Counted from the stretch's first letter, positions 50,573 to 62,203 are shown. The stretch is 64,000 nucleotides of DNA from Nostoc sp. DedSLP01 (GCA_034530875.2 JAVRCJ020000018.1:96001-160000); one strand, 5' to 3'. Notes: generated from the letters alone by a model not told the origin. Numbers and translations: made by a program.

Positions 50573-52780
50573 ATGATTTTCGATTCACGTTCCTACAAAA
50601 CCCTTGGCGGTGTAAGTGTTTCTCGCTCTATTACAGAACTGAAAATAAACACTGCTCTTGAAGATATTCTGTTCCACTTAAATTCTCAGCGTGGAGGCTT
50701 ACTAACTAGTAGCTACGAATATCCAGGAAGGTACAAACGATGGGCAATTGGATTTGTCAATCCACCATTGGAATTGACTACACAAGATAATGGTTTCACT
50801 TTGAGAGCATTGAACGAACGCGGGCAAGTTCTTTTACCACTACTTTTAGAATGCTTGTACCAATCAAAACAACTAGAGAAAGTTACCCGAAATAACACAG
50901 ATATTATAGGATTTGTTAAACCTACCAAACAATTATTTGCTGAGGAAGAACGTAGTAAACAACCTTCAGCATTTACAGTTGTTCGGGAAGTTCTACATAC
51001 TTTTTCTAGCCAAGAAGACGAGCATTTAGGATTGTATGGTGCGTTTGGTTATGATTTAGTTTTTCAGTTTGAGCAAATTCGCCAGCGTTTAGAACGTCCT
51101 GAAGACCAGCAAGATTTAGTACTTTACTTACCTGATGAATTAATAATTGTTGACTACTATCAGCAACGTGCATTTCGCCTAGAATATGAATTTGAAAGCG
51201 TGCATGGTAGTACCAAGAATCTTCCTCGAACAGGTGAGTCTGTTGATTATCGCGGAAAGCATCTCGTACCAACTCAAGCTGCTGACCATGCTATAGGTGA
51301 GTATGCGAAAAAAGTTGAGATTGCCCTCGATTATTTTCGCCGGGGTGATTTATTTGAAGTGGTTCCTAGTCAAAACTTTTTTGAAAGTTATGAAGGAGAA
51401 CCAAGCAAGTTATTTGAAACTTTAAAGGATATAAACCCTAGTCCTTATGGATTTATTTTTAATTTAGGTGGAGAATATTTAATTGGTGCGTCTCCAGAAA
51501 TATTCGTGCGGGTTGAGGGTAGACGGGTAGAAACTTGTCCGATTAGCGGCACTATTCGTAGGGGACAAGATGCTCTTGATGATGCAGTGCAAATTCGTCA
51601 ATTACTTAATTCACACAAAGATGAAGCTGAGTTGACGATGTGTACTGATGTCGATCGCAATGACAAATCTCGAATCTGCGAACCTGGTTCTGTGCGAGTA
51701 ATTGGTCGTCGCCAAATTGAATTATACAGCCATTTAATTCATACAGTAGATCATGTTGAAGGTACATTGCGATCGCAATTTGATGCCTTAGACGCATTTT
51801 TAAGCCATACTTGGGCAGTTACAGTCACCGGCGCCCCCAAAAAAGCAGCCATAGAATTTATCGAACAACACGAAAAAAGTCCTCGACGTTGGTATGGGGG
51901 AGCAGTTGGTTATTTAAATTTCAATGGCAATTTAAATACTGGATTAATCCTGCGAACAATTCGATTAAAAGATTGCATTGCTGAAGTGCGAGTTGGCGCT
52001 ACAGTTCTTTATGACTCAATACCACAAGCAGAAGAAGAAGAAACAATTACCAAAGGTGCTGCTTTATTTGAGACAATTAGTCGCGTTAAGCAAAGAAATC
52101 AAAAAATAGATGAGTCCAGTTCTATTAAATTAAGCAAAAACATACCAAGCTTGAAACCAAGAAAACGCGTTTTGCTAATAGATTATGAAGACTCATTTGT
52201 TCATACTTTAGCTAATTACATCCGCCAAACTGGTGCTAGCGTTACCACATTGCGTCACGGTTTCTCTGATTCATTATTCGATAAAGAACGACCCGACTTA
52301 GTTGTTTTATCTCCCGGCCCCGGTAGACCAAGTGATTTTGGTGTTTCGGAGACTATTGGTGCTATTGTTTCTCGTCAAATTCCCATTTTTGGAGTTTGTT
52401 TAGGACTGCAAGGTATAGTTGAAGCTTTTGGTGGAGAATTAGGAGTTCTCATCTATCCCCAGCATGGTAAATCCTCACGAATTTTCGTTAGCAGTTCCGA
52501 TTCTATTACCTTCAAAAATTTACCAAAATCTTTTGCAGTGGGTAGATATCACTCATTATTTGCTATACGAGAGCATTTACCAAAAGAACTCAAAGTAACA
52601 GCTGTCTCTGATGACGATGTAATTATGGGCATTGAACATCGAACACTTCCCATTGCCGCCGTTCAATTTCATCCAGAATCAATTATGACTTTATCAGAAG
52701 AAGTCGGTCTAAAAATCATTCAAAATGTGGTAAATGCATATACCCAGGATGAAAAAACATCAATAATTCGTAATTCGTAA
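50573..52780 (+). CDS. trpE: Anthranilate synthase, fused TrpE-TrpG
   Basis: [31 protein letters not shown]-terminal GATase DSF, SPGPG, GVCLG, QFHPES. Confidence 0.95.
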   Translation: MIFDSRSYKTLGGVSVSRSITELKINTALEDILFHLNSQRGGLLTSSYEYPGRYKRWAIGFVNPPLELTTQDNGFTLRALNERGQVLLPLLLECLYQSKQLEKVTRNNTDIIGFVKPTKQLFAEEERSKQPSAFTVVREVLHTFSSQEDEHLGLYGAFGYDLVFQFEQIRQRLERPEDQQDLVLYLPDELIIVDYYQQRAFRLEYEFESVHGSTKNLPRTGESVDYRGKHLVPTQAADHAIGEYAKKVEIALDYFRRGDLFEVVPSQNFFESYEGEPSKLFETLKDINPSPYGFIFNLGGEYLIGASPEIFVRVEGRRVETCPISGTIRRGQDALDDAVQIRQLLNSHKDEAELTMCTDVDRNDKSRICEPGSVRVIGRRQIELYSHLIHTVDHVEGTLRSQFDALDAFLSHTWAVTVTGAPKKAAIEFIEQHEKSPRRWYGGAVGYLNFNGNLNTGLILRTIRLKDCIAEVRVGATVLYDSIPQAEEEETITKGAALFETISRVKQRNQKIDESSSIKLSKNIPSLKPRKRVLLIDYEDSFVHTLANYIRQTGASVTTLRHGFSDSLFDKERPDLVVLSPGPGRPSDFGVSETIGAIVSRQIPIFGVCLGLQGIVEAFGGELGVLIYPQHGKSSRIFVSSSDSITFKNLPKSFAVGRYHSLFAIREHLPKELKVTAVSDDDVIMGIEHRTLPIAAVQFHPESIMTLSEEVGLKIIQNVVNAYTQDEKTSIIRNS

Positions 52781-52800
52781 GACTCACCTCCAAGTATTTT

Positions 52801-53670
52801 ATGATTAACCAAGTTATCGCTCATCGCAAAATTCTTGAAGAGATTGTGTTGCATAAAAAGCAAGAAGTTAGACGAATGCAGCAAGAATTGTCTTCAGCTT
52901 TTTTGCAACAAAAGTTAATTGCAGCTCCGATTGTACGAGATTTCTTGAGTGCTTTACAAGAAAATCCTCAGCAACCAAGCTTAATTGCTGAAGTCAAAAA
53001 AGCATCGCCTAGCCGTGGAATTATTAGAGCAGATTTTGACCCAGTTGCGATCGCTCAAGCTTACGAACGAGGCGGTGCAGCTTGTCTATCAATCCTTACT
53101 GACCAAAAATTCTTTCAAGGCAGTTTTGAGAATCTACGCGCTGTGCGTCACCAAGTATCATTACCCCTACTGTGCAAGGAGTTCATCATTGACCCCTATC
53201 AAATTTATTTAGCACGCACAGCTGGCGCCGATGCAGTCTTGTTAATTACCGCTATTTTATCAGACCAAGAACTGCAAGACTTTTTGCAACTAATTCACAA
53301 TTTGGGGATGAATGCATTAGTAGAAGTTCATACCTTAGCTGAATTGGATAGAGTGCTAAAGCTTGATAACCTACGTTTACTAGGAATCAACAACCGCAAT
53401 TTAGAAGATTTTACTGTTGATTTAGGAATAACCCAGCAACTTTTAGCACAGCGCCAACAATATCTGCAAAGCTTAAATATCACCGTCGTCAGCGAATCTG
53501 GATTGTATACCCCTGCCGATTTATCTCTTGTCGCTGAAGCTGGTGCCCGTGCAGTTTTGGTTGGAGAATCTTTAGTTAAACAAAGCGATATAGAACAAGC
53601 TGTGCGTAATTTGTTAAGACAAACTTCTCCTTTACCTATTACTCAAATCTCTAACCAAAACTTCCATTAA
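52801..53670 (+). CDS. trpC: Indole-3-glycerol phosphate synthase
   Basis: [31 protein letters not shown]. Confidence 0.96.
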   Translation: MINQVIAHRKILEEIVLHKKQEVRRMQQELSSAFLQQKLIAAPIVRDFLSALQENPQQPSLIAEVKKASPSRGIIRADFDPVAIAQAYERGGAACLSILTDQKFFQGSFENLRAVRHQVSLPLLCKEFIIDPYQIYLARTAGADAVLLITAILSDQELQDFLQLIHNLGMNALVEVHTLAELDRVLKLDNLRLLGINNRNLEDFTVDLGITQQLLAQRQQYLQSLNITVVSESGLYTPADLSLVAEAGARAVLVGESLVKQSDIEQAVRNLLRQTSPLPITQISNQNFH

Positions 53671-53848
53671 ACCTTTGCGCTCCTACCCTGCGGGAAGGCG
53701 TTCGCGTAGCGTCTCGTAGAGAAGCGCCTATGCGTTTATTTTTAAACGCAAAGGGACGCAGAGTAAACGCAAAGAAACGCAGAATTTTGCTAATTGCTAA
53801 ACGCTCATTATTCGAGAACTATTAACCAATCACTAAGTATTTTTCAGA

Positions 53849-54691
53849 ATGACTTCAATCTCTGCTTCCTTTCAAATTTTACGCGATCGCCAAGAGTGTG
53901 CTTTAATCCCCTTTATCACAGCCGGCGATCCTAATTTAGAAACCACTGCTGAAGCTTTACGCATTTTAGACCGCAACGGTGCTGACTTCATCGAATTGGG
54001 CGTTCCCTACTCCGATCCTTTGGCAGATGGGCCTGTGATTCAAGCAGCAGCAACTCGCGCCTTGCAAAAAGGCACGAAATTAGAGCAAGTGTTAGAGATG
54101 TTGCAAACTGTCAGCCCTAATCTAAAAGCGCCGATAATTCTATTTACTTACTACAATCCCATTTTGTACCGGGGTATTAAGCCGTTTTTAGGAGAAATTG
54201 CCGTTGCTGGGGTGCGAGGCTTGGTAGTACCGGACTTACCTTTAGAAGAAGCAGAAGAATTAATCCAAACTGCTGCCTCTTTTGGGATTGAAGTAATTTT
54301 ACTCGTAGCTCCTACCAGTTCTCAAGATAGAATTGCAGCGATCGCTCGTCAATCTCAAGGTTTTATCTACCTTGTCAGCGTTACAGGCGTTACAGGTATA
54401 CGTTCTCAACTGCAAAACCGCGTAAAGGATTTAATTGCAGAGTTGCAAAGTGTTACAGATAAACCTATTGGCGTTGGTTTTGGCATCTCAGCAGCACAAC
54501 AAGCGCATCAGGTAAAAGAATGGGGAGCAGATGCAGTAATTGTTGGTAGTGCTTTTGTGAAAAAATTAGCTGAAAGTAGCCCGACTGAAAGATTGGAAGC
54601 TATTGGGCAACTCTGCCGGGAACTGAAAACAGCCATTACAGAAAGTCCATCTCTTCAAGAGGCGGGATATAGCAAAGTACAGACGCGATGA
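53849..54691 (+). CDS. trpA: Tryptophan synthase alpha subunit
   Basis: [30 protein letters not shown]. Confidence 0.97.
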   Translation: MTSISASFQILRDRQECALIPFITAGDPNLETTAEALRILDRNGADFIELGVPYSDPLADGPVIQAAATRALQKGTKLEQVLEMLQTVSPNLKAPIILFTYYNPILYRGIKPFLGEIAVAGVRGLVVPDLPLEEAEELIQTAASFGIEVILLVAPTSSQDRIAAIARQSQGFIYLVSVTGVTGIRSQLQNRVKDLIAELQSVTDKPIGVGFGISAAQQAHQVKEWGADAVIVGSAFVKKLAESSPTERLEAIGQLCRELKTAITESPSLQEAGYSKVQTR

Positions 54692-54760
54692 ACCCTTGTC
54701 TGTACAAGAGAGACGCGATAAGTCGTATCTGTACAAGAGTTATTCTGCCCCTCTGGTTTT

Positions 54761-55993
54761 ATGAAGAAAATGAAACTATTGCTAAAATCGACCAAAATAT
54801 TAATATATAGCGTACTTCTAGTTATTGCCTGTGGGCTTACGGTCTTTGCGGGCGATCGCATCGATCGCAAACAATACAAATATCATTGGGAGTATAATTT
54901 TGCAGGGCAATACGCTCGCGTAACTGTCAGAAAGAACGTAACTGACCTGACATCGACAGAGAAAAAAGCCTTTGTTAAGGCTATCAAAACCTTAAAAACA
55001 ATAATTCCTGTAGGTAGCAAGGTTAGTATTTACGACCAATTCGTTGCCATACATCTAGGCGCAACACGTTTGATTCATAACCATAAAGGGCATTCTGATG
55101 GTTCAGTCCAAGAACTCGCTCATGAAAATGCCGCATTTTTCCCTTGGCATCGAGAATATATTCGCAGATTTGAACAAGCTCTGCAAGCAGTAGACCCAAA
55201 TGTTAGCCTTCCATACTGGGATTGGACTGACCCCAAAGCACTTGATGTTATCTTTAACGATGACTTTCTTGGTTCTAACGGTCAAGGAGTAACAATCAAA
55301 ATTCCAGATCGAGGAAAATTTACAGGCGGCCTTGTAAAGTCTGGGGCTTTTGCTGCGGCAAATGGCTGGGTGATGAATCCAGCATTAAACATTGACCCGG
55401 ATACCGCAACATCCTTAGGTACATCACTTGTACGCTTTCTACGAGTGCCACCTGCCAATGCTTACCCTCTACCGAAAAAAGATATTCAGCGTGCCCTTGC
55501 TCTTAATGACTATTCTCTATTTCGCGCTGCTTTGGAAGGATTTATTTCTGTAGATGAGCAGGGAAAAGTCACATCAGGAGGATTCATACACAACTACATT
55601 CATGGTTTAGTCGGTGGGGTACAGATAGACGCGAGTACGACACCAATAAAGTTTAAAGGTCTGGGTACCATGAGCAATATACCAAGTTCGCCTTATGACC
55701 CGGTATTTTGGTTGCATCATGCTAACGTAGACCGCCTCTGGATTGAATGGCAAGACAACGGCCATCAAGGTAGTAATTTTTATCCTGCTAAAAATCAGCC
55801 TTACGGTCACAATCTCAAAGACCGAATGTGGCCTTGGGACGGCGGTATGTCTACCCCCAAAGCTACAGCGTTAGGAAATTTATTGCCCCTGTTACCAAAG
55901 TTTGACTCTGACGATTTAGTTAGACCTATAGACGTTTTGGATTACAGAAAACTGGGCTATACCTACGAAACCCGCAAAAATCGAACAACGTGA
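54761..55993 (+). CDS. tyrP: Tyrosinase (type-3 copper) of the scytonemin cluster, with N-terminal export signal
   Basis: AH..AAFFPWHREY, PYWDW, HNYIH, DPVFWLHHANVDRLW. Confidence 0.9.
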   Translation: MKKMKLLLKSTKILIYSVLLVIACGLTVFAGDRIDRKQYKYHWEYNFAGQYARVTVRKNVTDLTSTEKKAFVKAIKTLKTIIPVGSKVSIYDQFVAIHLGATRLIHNHKGHSDGSVQELAHENAAFFPWHREYIRRFEQALQAVDPNVSLPYWDWTDPKALDVIFNDDFLGSNGQGVTIKIPDRGKFTGGLVKSGAFAAANGWVMNPALNIDPDTATSLGTSLVRFLRVPPANAYPLPKKDIQRALALNDYSLFRAALEGFISVDEQGKVTSGGFIHNYIHGLVGGVQIDASTTPIKFKGLGTMSNIPSSPYDPVFWLHHANVDRLWIEWQDNGHQGSNFYPAKNQPYGHNLKDRMWPWDGGMSTPKATALGNLLPLLPKFDSDDLVRPIDVLDYRKLGYTYETRKNRTT

Positions 55994-56202
55994 ACAAAAT
56001 TTCAGGTTTGGCATAAGTTCTAAAAAGTTAGAACGAGAGTCAAAAATTGGCATTGCTGAATTTGAATATGAAATACTCTTCTCAACTCCTACTCTCTGCG
56101 ACTTTGCGCCTCTGCGTGTTAGCGAAGCGGGGCGTAGCCCGCTAAATTCATATCTCAATCAGCAACGCCCAAAAATTGTTGAGCATGAAAGGACTTTAAC
56201 CA

Positions 56203-57432
56203 GTGGTAAGCATACAAGACATCAAAACTGCAACTCGACAACCAGATTCTTTAGGCAGATTTGGCAAGTTCGGCGGTAAATACGTTCCTGAAACCTTAAT
56301 GCCTGCATTAACAGAGTTGGAAAATGCATTTCATCAATATCGCAACGATGCAAGTTTCCAAACCGAACTGCAAAACTTACTCCGGGACTACGTAGGACGA
56401 CCCAGCCCGTTATATTTTGCCGAACGCCTGACAGCAAACTATGCCAGACCAGATGGCACAGGAGCGCAAATTTATTTAAAGCGCGAAGATTTAAATCATA
56501 CAGGCGCTCACAAAATTAATAATGCTTTAGCCCAGGTGTTATTAGCTAAACGCATGGGTAAGCAACGGATTATTGCAGAGACAGGCGCAGGTCAACATGG
56601 CGTAGCAACTGCAACTGTATGTGCGCGTTTTGGTTTGCAATGTGTGATTTACATGGGCATCCACGATATGGAACGCCAAGCCCTGAATGTGTTCCGTATG
56701 AAATTAATGGGTGCAGAAGTTCGCCCAGTGGAAGCAGGTACGGGAACTCTCAAGGATGCAACCTCCGAAGCAATTCGAGATTGGGTGACGAATGTAGAAA
56801 CAACTCATTACATCCTGGGTTCTGTTGCTGGGCCTCATCCTTATCCAATGCTCGTGCGCGACTTCCATACTGTAATTGGACGCGAAACTCGCACTCAATG
56901 CCAGGAAAAATGGGGAGGACTGCCAGATATTTTACTCGCTTGCGTGGGCGGAGGTTCCAACGCGATCGGACTTTTCCATGAGTTTTTGCCTGAATTTTCT
57001 GTACGCCTCATCGGAGTTGAGGCGGCAGGTGAAGGTGTAGATACTCAAAAACACGCCGCTACCTTGACAAAAGGACAGATAGGTGTGTTACACGGTGCAA
57101 TGAGCTATTTACTGCAAGATGATGACGGTCAAGTAATCGAAGCCCATTCAATTAGTGCAGGATTAGACTATCCAGGTGTTGGCCCTGAGCATAGTTATTT
57201 AAAAGATGTTAGTCGCGCCGAATATTACAGCGTTACCGATAAACAGGCACTAGAAGCATTCCAAAGACTTTCCCAACTAGAAGGAATTATCCCAGCTCTA
57301 GAAACAGCTCATGCGATCGCCTATTTAGAAATTCTTTGCCCCCAACTCACAGGCAATCCCCGCATCGTCATCAATTGCTCTGGCAGAGGCGACAAAGATG
57401 TGCAAACTGTCGCCAAAGTCATTAGTCATTAG
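56203..57432 (+). CDS. trpB: Tryptophan synthase beta subunit
   Basis: [37 protein letters not shown]. Confidence 0.97.
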   Translation: MVSIQDIKTATRQPDSLGRFGKFGGKYVPETLMPALTELENAFHQYRNDASFQTELQNLLRDYVGRPSPLYFAERLTANYARPDGTGAQIYLKREDLNHTGAHKINNALAQVLLAKRMGKQRIIAETGAGQHGVATATVCARFGLQCVIYMGIHDMERQALNVFRMKLMGAEVRPVEAGTGTLKDATSEAIRDWVTNVETTHYILGSVAGPHPYPMLVRDFHTVIGRETRTQCQEKWGGLPDILLACVGGGSNAIGLFHEFLPEFSVRLIGVEAAGEGVDTQKHAATLTKGQIGVLHGAMSYLLQDDDGQVIEAHSISAGLDYPGVGPEHSYLKDVSRAEYYSVTDKQALEAFQRLSQLEGIIPALETAHAIAYLEILCPQLTGNPRIVINCSGRGDKDVQTVAKVISH

Positions 57433-57472
57433 TCAATAACCAATGCCCCATGCCCCATGCCCAATAAGAAAT

Positions 57473-58618
57473 ATGATAGCCGTAACCCAAATTCCACCCG
57501 ACAATATTTCCGCCAGTTCTGAATTCTACAACTGGCCGGCTTTATTACAACAATTGCTCAATCGGCGATCGCTAACAGTTTCTCAAGCTGCCGATCTAAT
57601 GCAGGGTTGGCTCACAGATGCCATTCCCCATGTGCTATCGGGAGCGATTTTAATTGCAATTCAAGCTAAAGGGATATCTGCCGAAGAATTAGTAGGCATG
57701 GCCAGCGTTTTACAATCCCAAAGGCTAGGGACTGGTGACTGGGGATTAGGGACTGGGCAAGAGTTTTCCCAGTCACCAGTACCCAGTACCCAATCCCCAA
57801 CCCCCCTAATTGACACCTGCGGAACTGGTGGAGATGGTGCTTCAACTTTCAATATTTCCACTGCTGTTGCTTTTGTTGCCGCAGCCGCAGGGGTAAAAGT
57901 TGCCAAGCATGGCAACCGTTCTGCATCTAGCAAGACCGGTTCTGCTGATGTGTTGGAAGCTTTGGGTATCAATCTCAATGCCAGCCCAGAGAAAGTTCAA
58001 GCGGCAGTTGATGAAGTCGGAATCACCTTTTTGTTTGCTCCAGGTTGGCATCCGGCGCTGAAAGCAGTTGCTACTTTGCGGAAAACTTTGAAAGTGCGGA
58101 CTGTTTTTAACTTGCTCGGCCCTTTAGTAAATCCTATGCGACCGACAGGGCAAATTATTGGTGTGAATGACGCGCTTTTATTAGAGGAAGTTGCCCAAGC
58201 TTTATCTCAATTGGGATGCCAGCAAGCGATCGCACTTTACGGGCGCGAACGTCTAGATGAAGCTGGTTTAGCTGATGTCACTGATATAGCGGTACTTCAA
58301 GATAAAAAAGTACGTTCTCTAACACTCAATCCTCAAGAACTGGGTTTGAGTTATGCACCAACTACGTCCTTGCAAGGTGGAGATGTTCGAGAAAATGCCA
58401 AAATCTTGCAAGCAGTTTTGCAAGGTAAAGGCACTCAAGCACAACAGGATGTGGTGGCTTTAAATACAGCCTTAGCGCTGCAAGTTGGTCAAGCCATTGA
58501 TGGAGAAACAGATATTTTTGCAGGTTGTGTCAAAGGTATTGTCCTTGCCAAAGAAATTCTGCGAAGCGGCGCTGCTTGGACAAAGTTAGAACAACTTGCA
58601 CAATTTTTGCACGAATAG
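57473..58618 (+). CDS. trpD: Anthranilate phosphoribosyltransferase, with in-frame repeat insertion
   Basis: [31 protein letters not shown]; start set to ATG 57473. Confidence 0.95.
   Translation: MIAVTQIPPDNISASSEFYNWPALLQQLLNRRSLTVSQAADLMQGWLTDAIPHVLSGAILIAIQAKGISAEELVGMASVLQSQRLGTGDWGLGTGQEFSQSPVPSTQSPTPLIDTCGTGGDGASTFNISTAVAFVAAAAGVKVAKHGNRSASSKTGSADVLEALGINLNASPEKVQAAVDEVGITFLFAPGWHPALKAVATLRKTLKVRTVFNLLGPLVNPMRPTGQIIGVNDALLLEEVAQALSQLGCQQAIALYGRERLDEAGLADVTDIAVLQDKKVRSLTLNPQELGLSYAPTTSLQGGDVRENAKILQAVLQGKGTQAQQDVVALNTALALQVGQAIDGETDIFAGCVKGIVLAKEILRSGAAWTKLEQLAQFLHE
57728..57803. repeat. Inverted STRR-type heptamer arrays inside trpD
   Basis: GGGACTG-GTGACTG-GGGATTA-GGGACTG ... CCAGTCA-CCAGTAC-CCAGTAC-CCAATCC. 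Confidence 0.8.
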
Positions 58619-58681
58619 TAGGGATGCACAGCTGTCATACGTGTCAACTTAAGCTCAAACACTCAATTTACCGTGGTTTTA

Positions 58682-58754
58682 GATCCCCCAACCCCCTTAA
58701 AAAGGGGGCATTCGATTCTAGTTCCCCCCTTTTCAAGGGGGGTTAGGGGGGATC
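58682..58754. repeat. CCCCCTT..AAGGGGG double-hairpin repeat
   Basis: GATCCCCCAACCCCCTTAAAAAGGGGG...CCCCCCTTTTCAAGGGGGGTTAGGGGGGATC. Confidence 0.75.
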
Positions 58755-58862
58755 GAAAATCTAGGTAGTACATCGAAAAATTTTGAAATTCAGACTCCAA
58801 TGCACAGCTAGCTATGCGCCCCTACGAGTATTACACCCAACATTCAACGGAAGGAAAAACAG

Positions 58863-59975
58863 ATGATTATAGTACTTAAGACCGGCACCCCTGCTGAGGA
58901 AATCATTCGTATCAGCCAAGAACTGGGTGAAGTTTGGAAAGTCACAGTAGAAAAAAGCATCGGCACTCATAAAGTTGTGCTGGGGATAATTGGCGATACT
59001 TCTAGCATCGATAAATTGCAAGTCCAAGAGACCAGCCCTTGGATTGAGCAAGTAATACGAGTGCAACAACCCTTCAAACGGGTTAGTCGGGAATTCAGAA
59101 ATGGAGAAGCCAGCGAGGTTGTTGTACCTACGCCTAACGGTTGTGTCTATTTCGGAGAACATCATCCCATCGTCACGATCGCCGGGCCTTGTTCGGTGGA
59201 AAATGAAGCGATGATTGTGGAAACAGCCAAGCGGGTAAAAGCCGCAGGTGCAAACTTTCTGCGTGGTGGAGCCTACAAACCTCGTACTTCGCCTTATGCT
59301 TTTCAAGGTTATGGTGAAAGTGCTTTGGATTTGTTAGCAGCAGCTCGTGAAGCTACGGGTTTGGGCATTGTGACAGAACTGATGGATGCTGCGGATTTAC
59401 CAGCAGTGGCGCGGGTAGCTGACATCATCCAAATCGGAGCTAGGAATATGCACAATTTCTCGCTACTGAAAAAAGTCGGCGCTCAAGATAAGCCAGTACT
59501 GCTCAAGCGAGGAATGTCTGCAACTATTGACGAATGGCTGATGGCGGCAGAATATATTTTGGCGTCGGGAAACCCAAATGTAATTCTTTGCGAACGCGGA
59601 ATTAGAACTTTTGATGGTAAATATGCCCGTAATACTTTAGATTTGTCGGTGATTCCGGTGTTGCGATCGCTAACTCATCTACCAATTACCATAGATCCCA
59701 GTCACGGTACGGGTAGATCCGAATATGTTCCATCTATGGCAATGGCCGCGATCGCTGCTGGTGCAGATGCTTTAATGATTGAAGTTCACCCCAATCCAGC
59801 TAAGGCTTTATCTGATGGCCCCCAGTCTTTAACCCCCGAAAAGTTTGACCGCTTGGTTCAAGAAATGTCAGTTCTAGGAAAAGTAGTCGATCGCTGGCCT
59901 GCACCTGTATTTGATACCATTGCTGAAAACCATTTTCTCCTCAGCGCCGGAACAATCAAAGGCGATAGACCGTAA
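58863..59975 (+). CDS. aroG: DAHP synthase (type I-beta, N-terminal regulatory domain)
   Basis: AGPCSVE, GGAYKPRTSPYAFQG, QIGARNM, LCERGIRTF, DPSH. Confidence 0.95.
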   Translation: MIIVLKTGTPAEEIIRISQELGEVWKVTVEKSIGTHKVVLGIIGDTSSIDKLQVQETSPWIEQVIRVQQPFKRVSREFRNGEASEVVVPTPNGCVYFGEHHPIVTIAGPCSVENEAMIVETAKRVKAAGANFLRGGAYKPRTSPYAFQGYGESALDLLAAAREATGLGIVTELMDAADLPAVARVADIIQIGARNMHNFSLLKKVGAQDKPVLLKRGMSATIDEWLMAAEYILASGNPNVILCERGIRTFDGKYARNTLDLSVIPVLRSLTHLPITIDPSHGTGRSEYVPSMAMAAIAAGADALMIEVHPNPAKALSDGPQSLTPEKFDRLVQEMSVLGKVVDRWPAPVFDTIAENHFLLSAGTIKGDRP

Positions 59976-60456
59976 TCTTATACCAAGTTGCAATCAAAGA
60001 TAGTAACTTGGGCTGGGAGTAGGGAGTAGGGAATAGGAATACTATTTCTGAACGCAACTTAGTATTAGACGATTTTTGGTGTTGCTGAATTTGAATGTGA
60101 ATAATTACAAAAACCTTCACTAGTCTTTCTTGCAAGCGCAAAATTATACCAATTTCCCAGAATGCAGCAAATAGACCATTTGTAGAGACGCGATGAATCG
60201 CGTCTTCACTTCACCCAACAATGCATTGCAATCATTAATTGAATTGGTATTAACTAGCCATGATGAAATTGATTCCATATTTTCAGCAACGTCTAGAACT
60301 AAACTATTGCAGAAAAACTCAGAATCCAGAATTATAGCAGTACCCAATCAAATCAAGTACAGAAATTTGTAAGTGCGCAAAGCTTTGCGTCCCTACCTTC
60401 TCATTAGAACAAGAAACGCTATATCCAAACCAAAATAATTACTAATTTTTTGGTGA

Positions 60457-61158
60457 CTAATAACCAGAATCGCGAATCAATTTTGATTTTTGAATTACGA
60501 CTTTTGATTGCTGAGGGCGTACTCTTGAATTTCCTCTACTGGAGACTTTTTGCTGAGAAAACATTGCTTGCAAAACCAGTGCAGGGTCTACATAATTATT
60601 GCTATATTTTAATCCCCAATGGAGATGCGGGCCAGTAGTGCGTCCAGTCATCCCTACCCTACCAATTCTGGCTCCAGTTGGTATTTGCTGACCTTCCCAA
60701 ATTTGAATTCCACCTGCACGGTCAATGAAATAACGGCTACCGGATGCAGTTTCCACGTTTCCTTCCATGTGGCAATAAGTGTGTTCCCATTCACCCGATT
60801 TAATTACTATATGAGAGCCACAAGCGCCACCGTCACCAACTTTAATTACTGTACCTACCCACCAATTACGAATATAACTACCTTGGGGAGCAGCCATGTC
60901 TAAGCCGCCATGAAATTCCCAATTAGAACCACCAGTCGCCGAAGGGCGGTAACCAAAACCAGAGGTGTAAGCTTGAAAGTTTTCTACAGGAAAAGAAGCT
61001 GCCAACCAACTATTTGCCCTGGCTACTTTCTTGGGCTGAACTTCTTTAGCTCTAGCTACTTCTGGCTTAGGCAATAGAGTAATTAAACTTCCAAAACAAA
61101 ATCCTAATATTAATAGTGTGGCTCCAGAAAGTACTACTCTTTGTTGCCTCTTAGACAT
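60457..61158 (-). CDS. M23-family metallopeptidase
   Basis: FHGGLDMAAP, YCHM, GRTTGPHLHW; N-terminal hydrophobic segment. Confidence 0.92.
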   Translation of the reverse strand: MSKRQQRVVLSGATLLILGFCFGSLITLLPKPEVARAKEVQPKKVARANSWLAASFPVENFQAYTSGFGYRPSATGGSNWEFHGGLDMAAPQGSYIRNWWVGTVIKVGDGGACGSHIVIKSGEWEHTYCHMEGNVETASGSRYFIDRAGGIQIWEGQQIPTGARIGRVGMTGRTTGPHLHWGLKYSNNYVDPALVLQAMFSQQKVSSRGNSRVRPQQSKVVIQKSKLIRDSGY

Positions 61159-61685
61159 TTTTTGATTCCTTAATTAAACAAAATTATTTATATTTACTAA
61201 TTTTCAGATAAAATTGCTATGAATCCCGATAAAAAATTCAAGTTTTTTACTTTTATTTTTTAAAAGTTAGCAACTTTCAGGCAATCTCAATAATAATAAC
61301 AGCTTTTGCCTGTGAAACTTGGATGATTTTAGGTTTAAATAAAAAATGAAAAATTAGCCAATAATATAAATTTCTAATATTTTCTAATTTTTAGCCAGGG
61401 AAGTATAAATTATATCTAATATAAGAGTAACGGTTATTACTTATTTTCAGAGTTGCATAATTTTGCTTTTTGTTACTCGCATTGGCTCGATACATAGCAG
61501 CTGTCAAAAAAGTTTTAAACAATGAAATTCTGAATCAAGCTAATTGACGGGGCTGAAGTAGGCTTTGTAGTGAGAGAGTTGTTAAGCAGTTGAAATATTG
61601 TTGACGTTTATGCTTAAAATTGCACAAGAGGTTTTTTTAGCATCTACTAAAAGCTAAAGTTGACCCTTGCAGGACTCCCCAAGAC

Positions 61686-62072
61686 ATGCTGACTGACATC
61701 TTGCCTTTCCACTTTGAATTAGACACGATCGCGATCGCTGGAGCGAGTTTGTGGTCATTGGCGTTATATCTGGGTTTTTCCAAAGCCAGTGAATGGGTAA
61801 TGGAGCAACTTAACCGCTGGTTTAACTTTGCAGAGCGATCGCTGTATACTAGCCAGTCAGAATTTGAAAAAACTCGTAAAGCCAGAGAATCCCAAAACGC
61901 TTTCTACGCCTCACTGTTTAGCATTCTGCCTTTCCTGGTAGCTGGGGCTTTATTGAATTGGGGTGTAGAAATCAGCTTAGGACGTAGTTGGGGAATCAGC
62001 TTAGGTATACTCGCTGCTATTAGTTGTGGCATTTTTGAACTCGGACGACGGAATGGGAGTTCTTCTGATTAG
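61686..62072 (+). CDS. Small membrane protein of unknown function
   Basis: 128 aa with about three hydrophobic segments. Confidence 0.75.
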   Translation: MLTDILPFHFELDTIAIAGASLWSLALYLGFSKASEWVMEQLNRWFNFAERSLYTSQSEFEKTRKARESQNAFYASLFSILPFLVAGALLNWGVEISLGRSWGISLGILAAISCGIFELGRRNGSSSD

Positions 62073-62086
62073 GCACAGAGATAAGA

Positions 62087-62190
62087 GAGGTGTGGGGAGT
62101 GTGGGGAGTGTGGGCGGAATGGAGGATGGGGGAGTGTGGGGAGAAAGAGAATTTATGCTTCCCACACCTCCCACACCTCCCACACCTCCC
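62087..62190. repeat. GGGGAGTGT tandem array, core and inverted arm, copy 2
   Basis: Shares the 30-nt core with 25410-25439; lies between convergent genes. Confidence 0.85.
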
Positions 62191-62203
62191 AATGCCCCAT
62201 ACT

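Noticed and set aside
39391..59975. Claim of a novel indole-alkaloid pathway
   Set aside because: Gene content and order match the known scytonemin cluster; only the deviations are reported.
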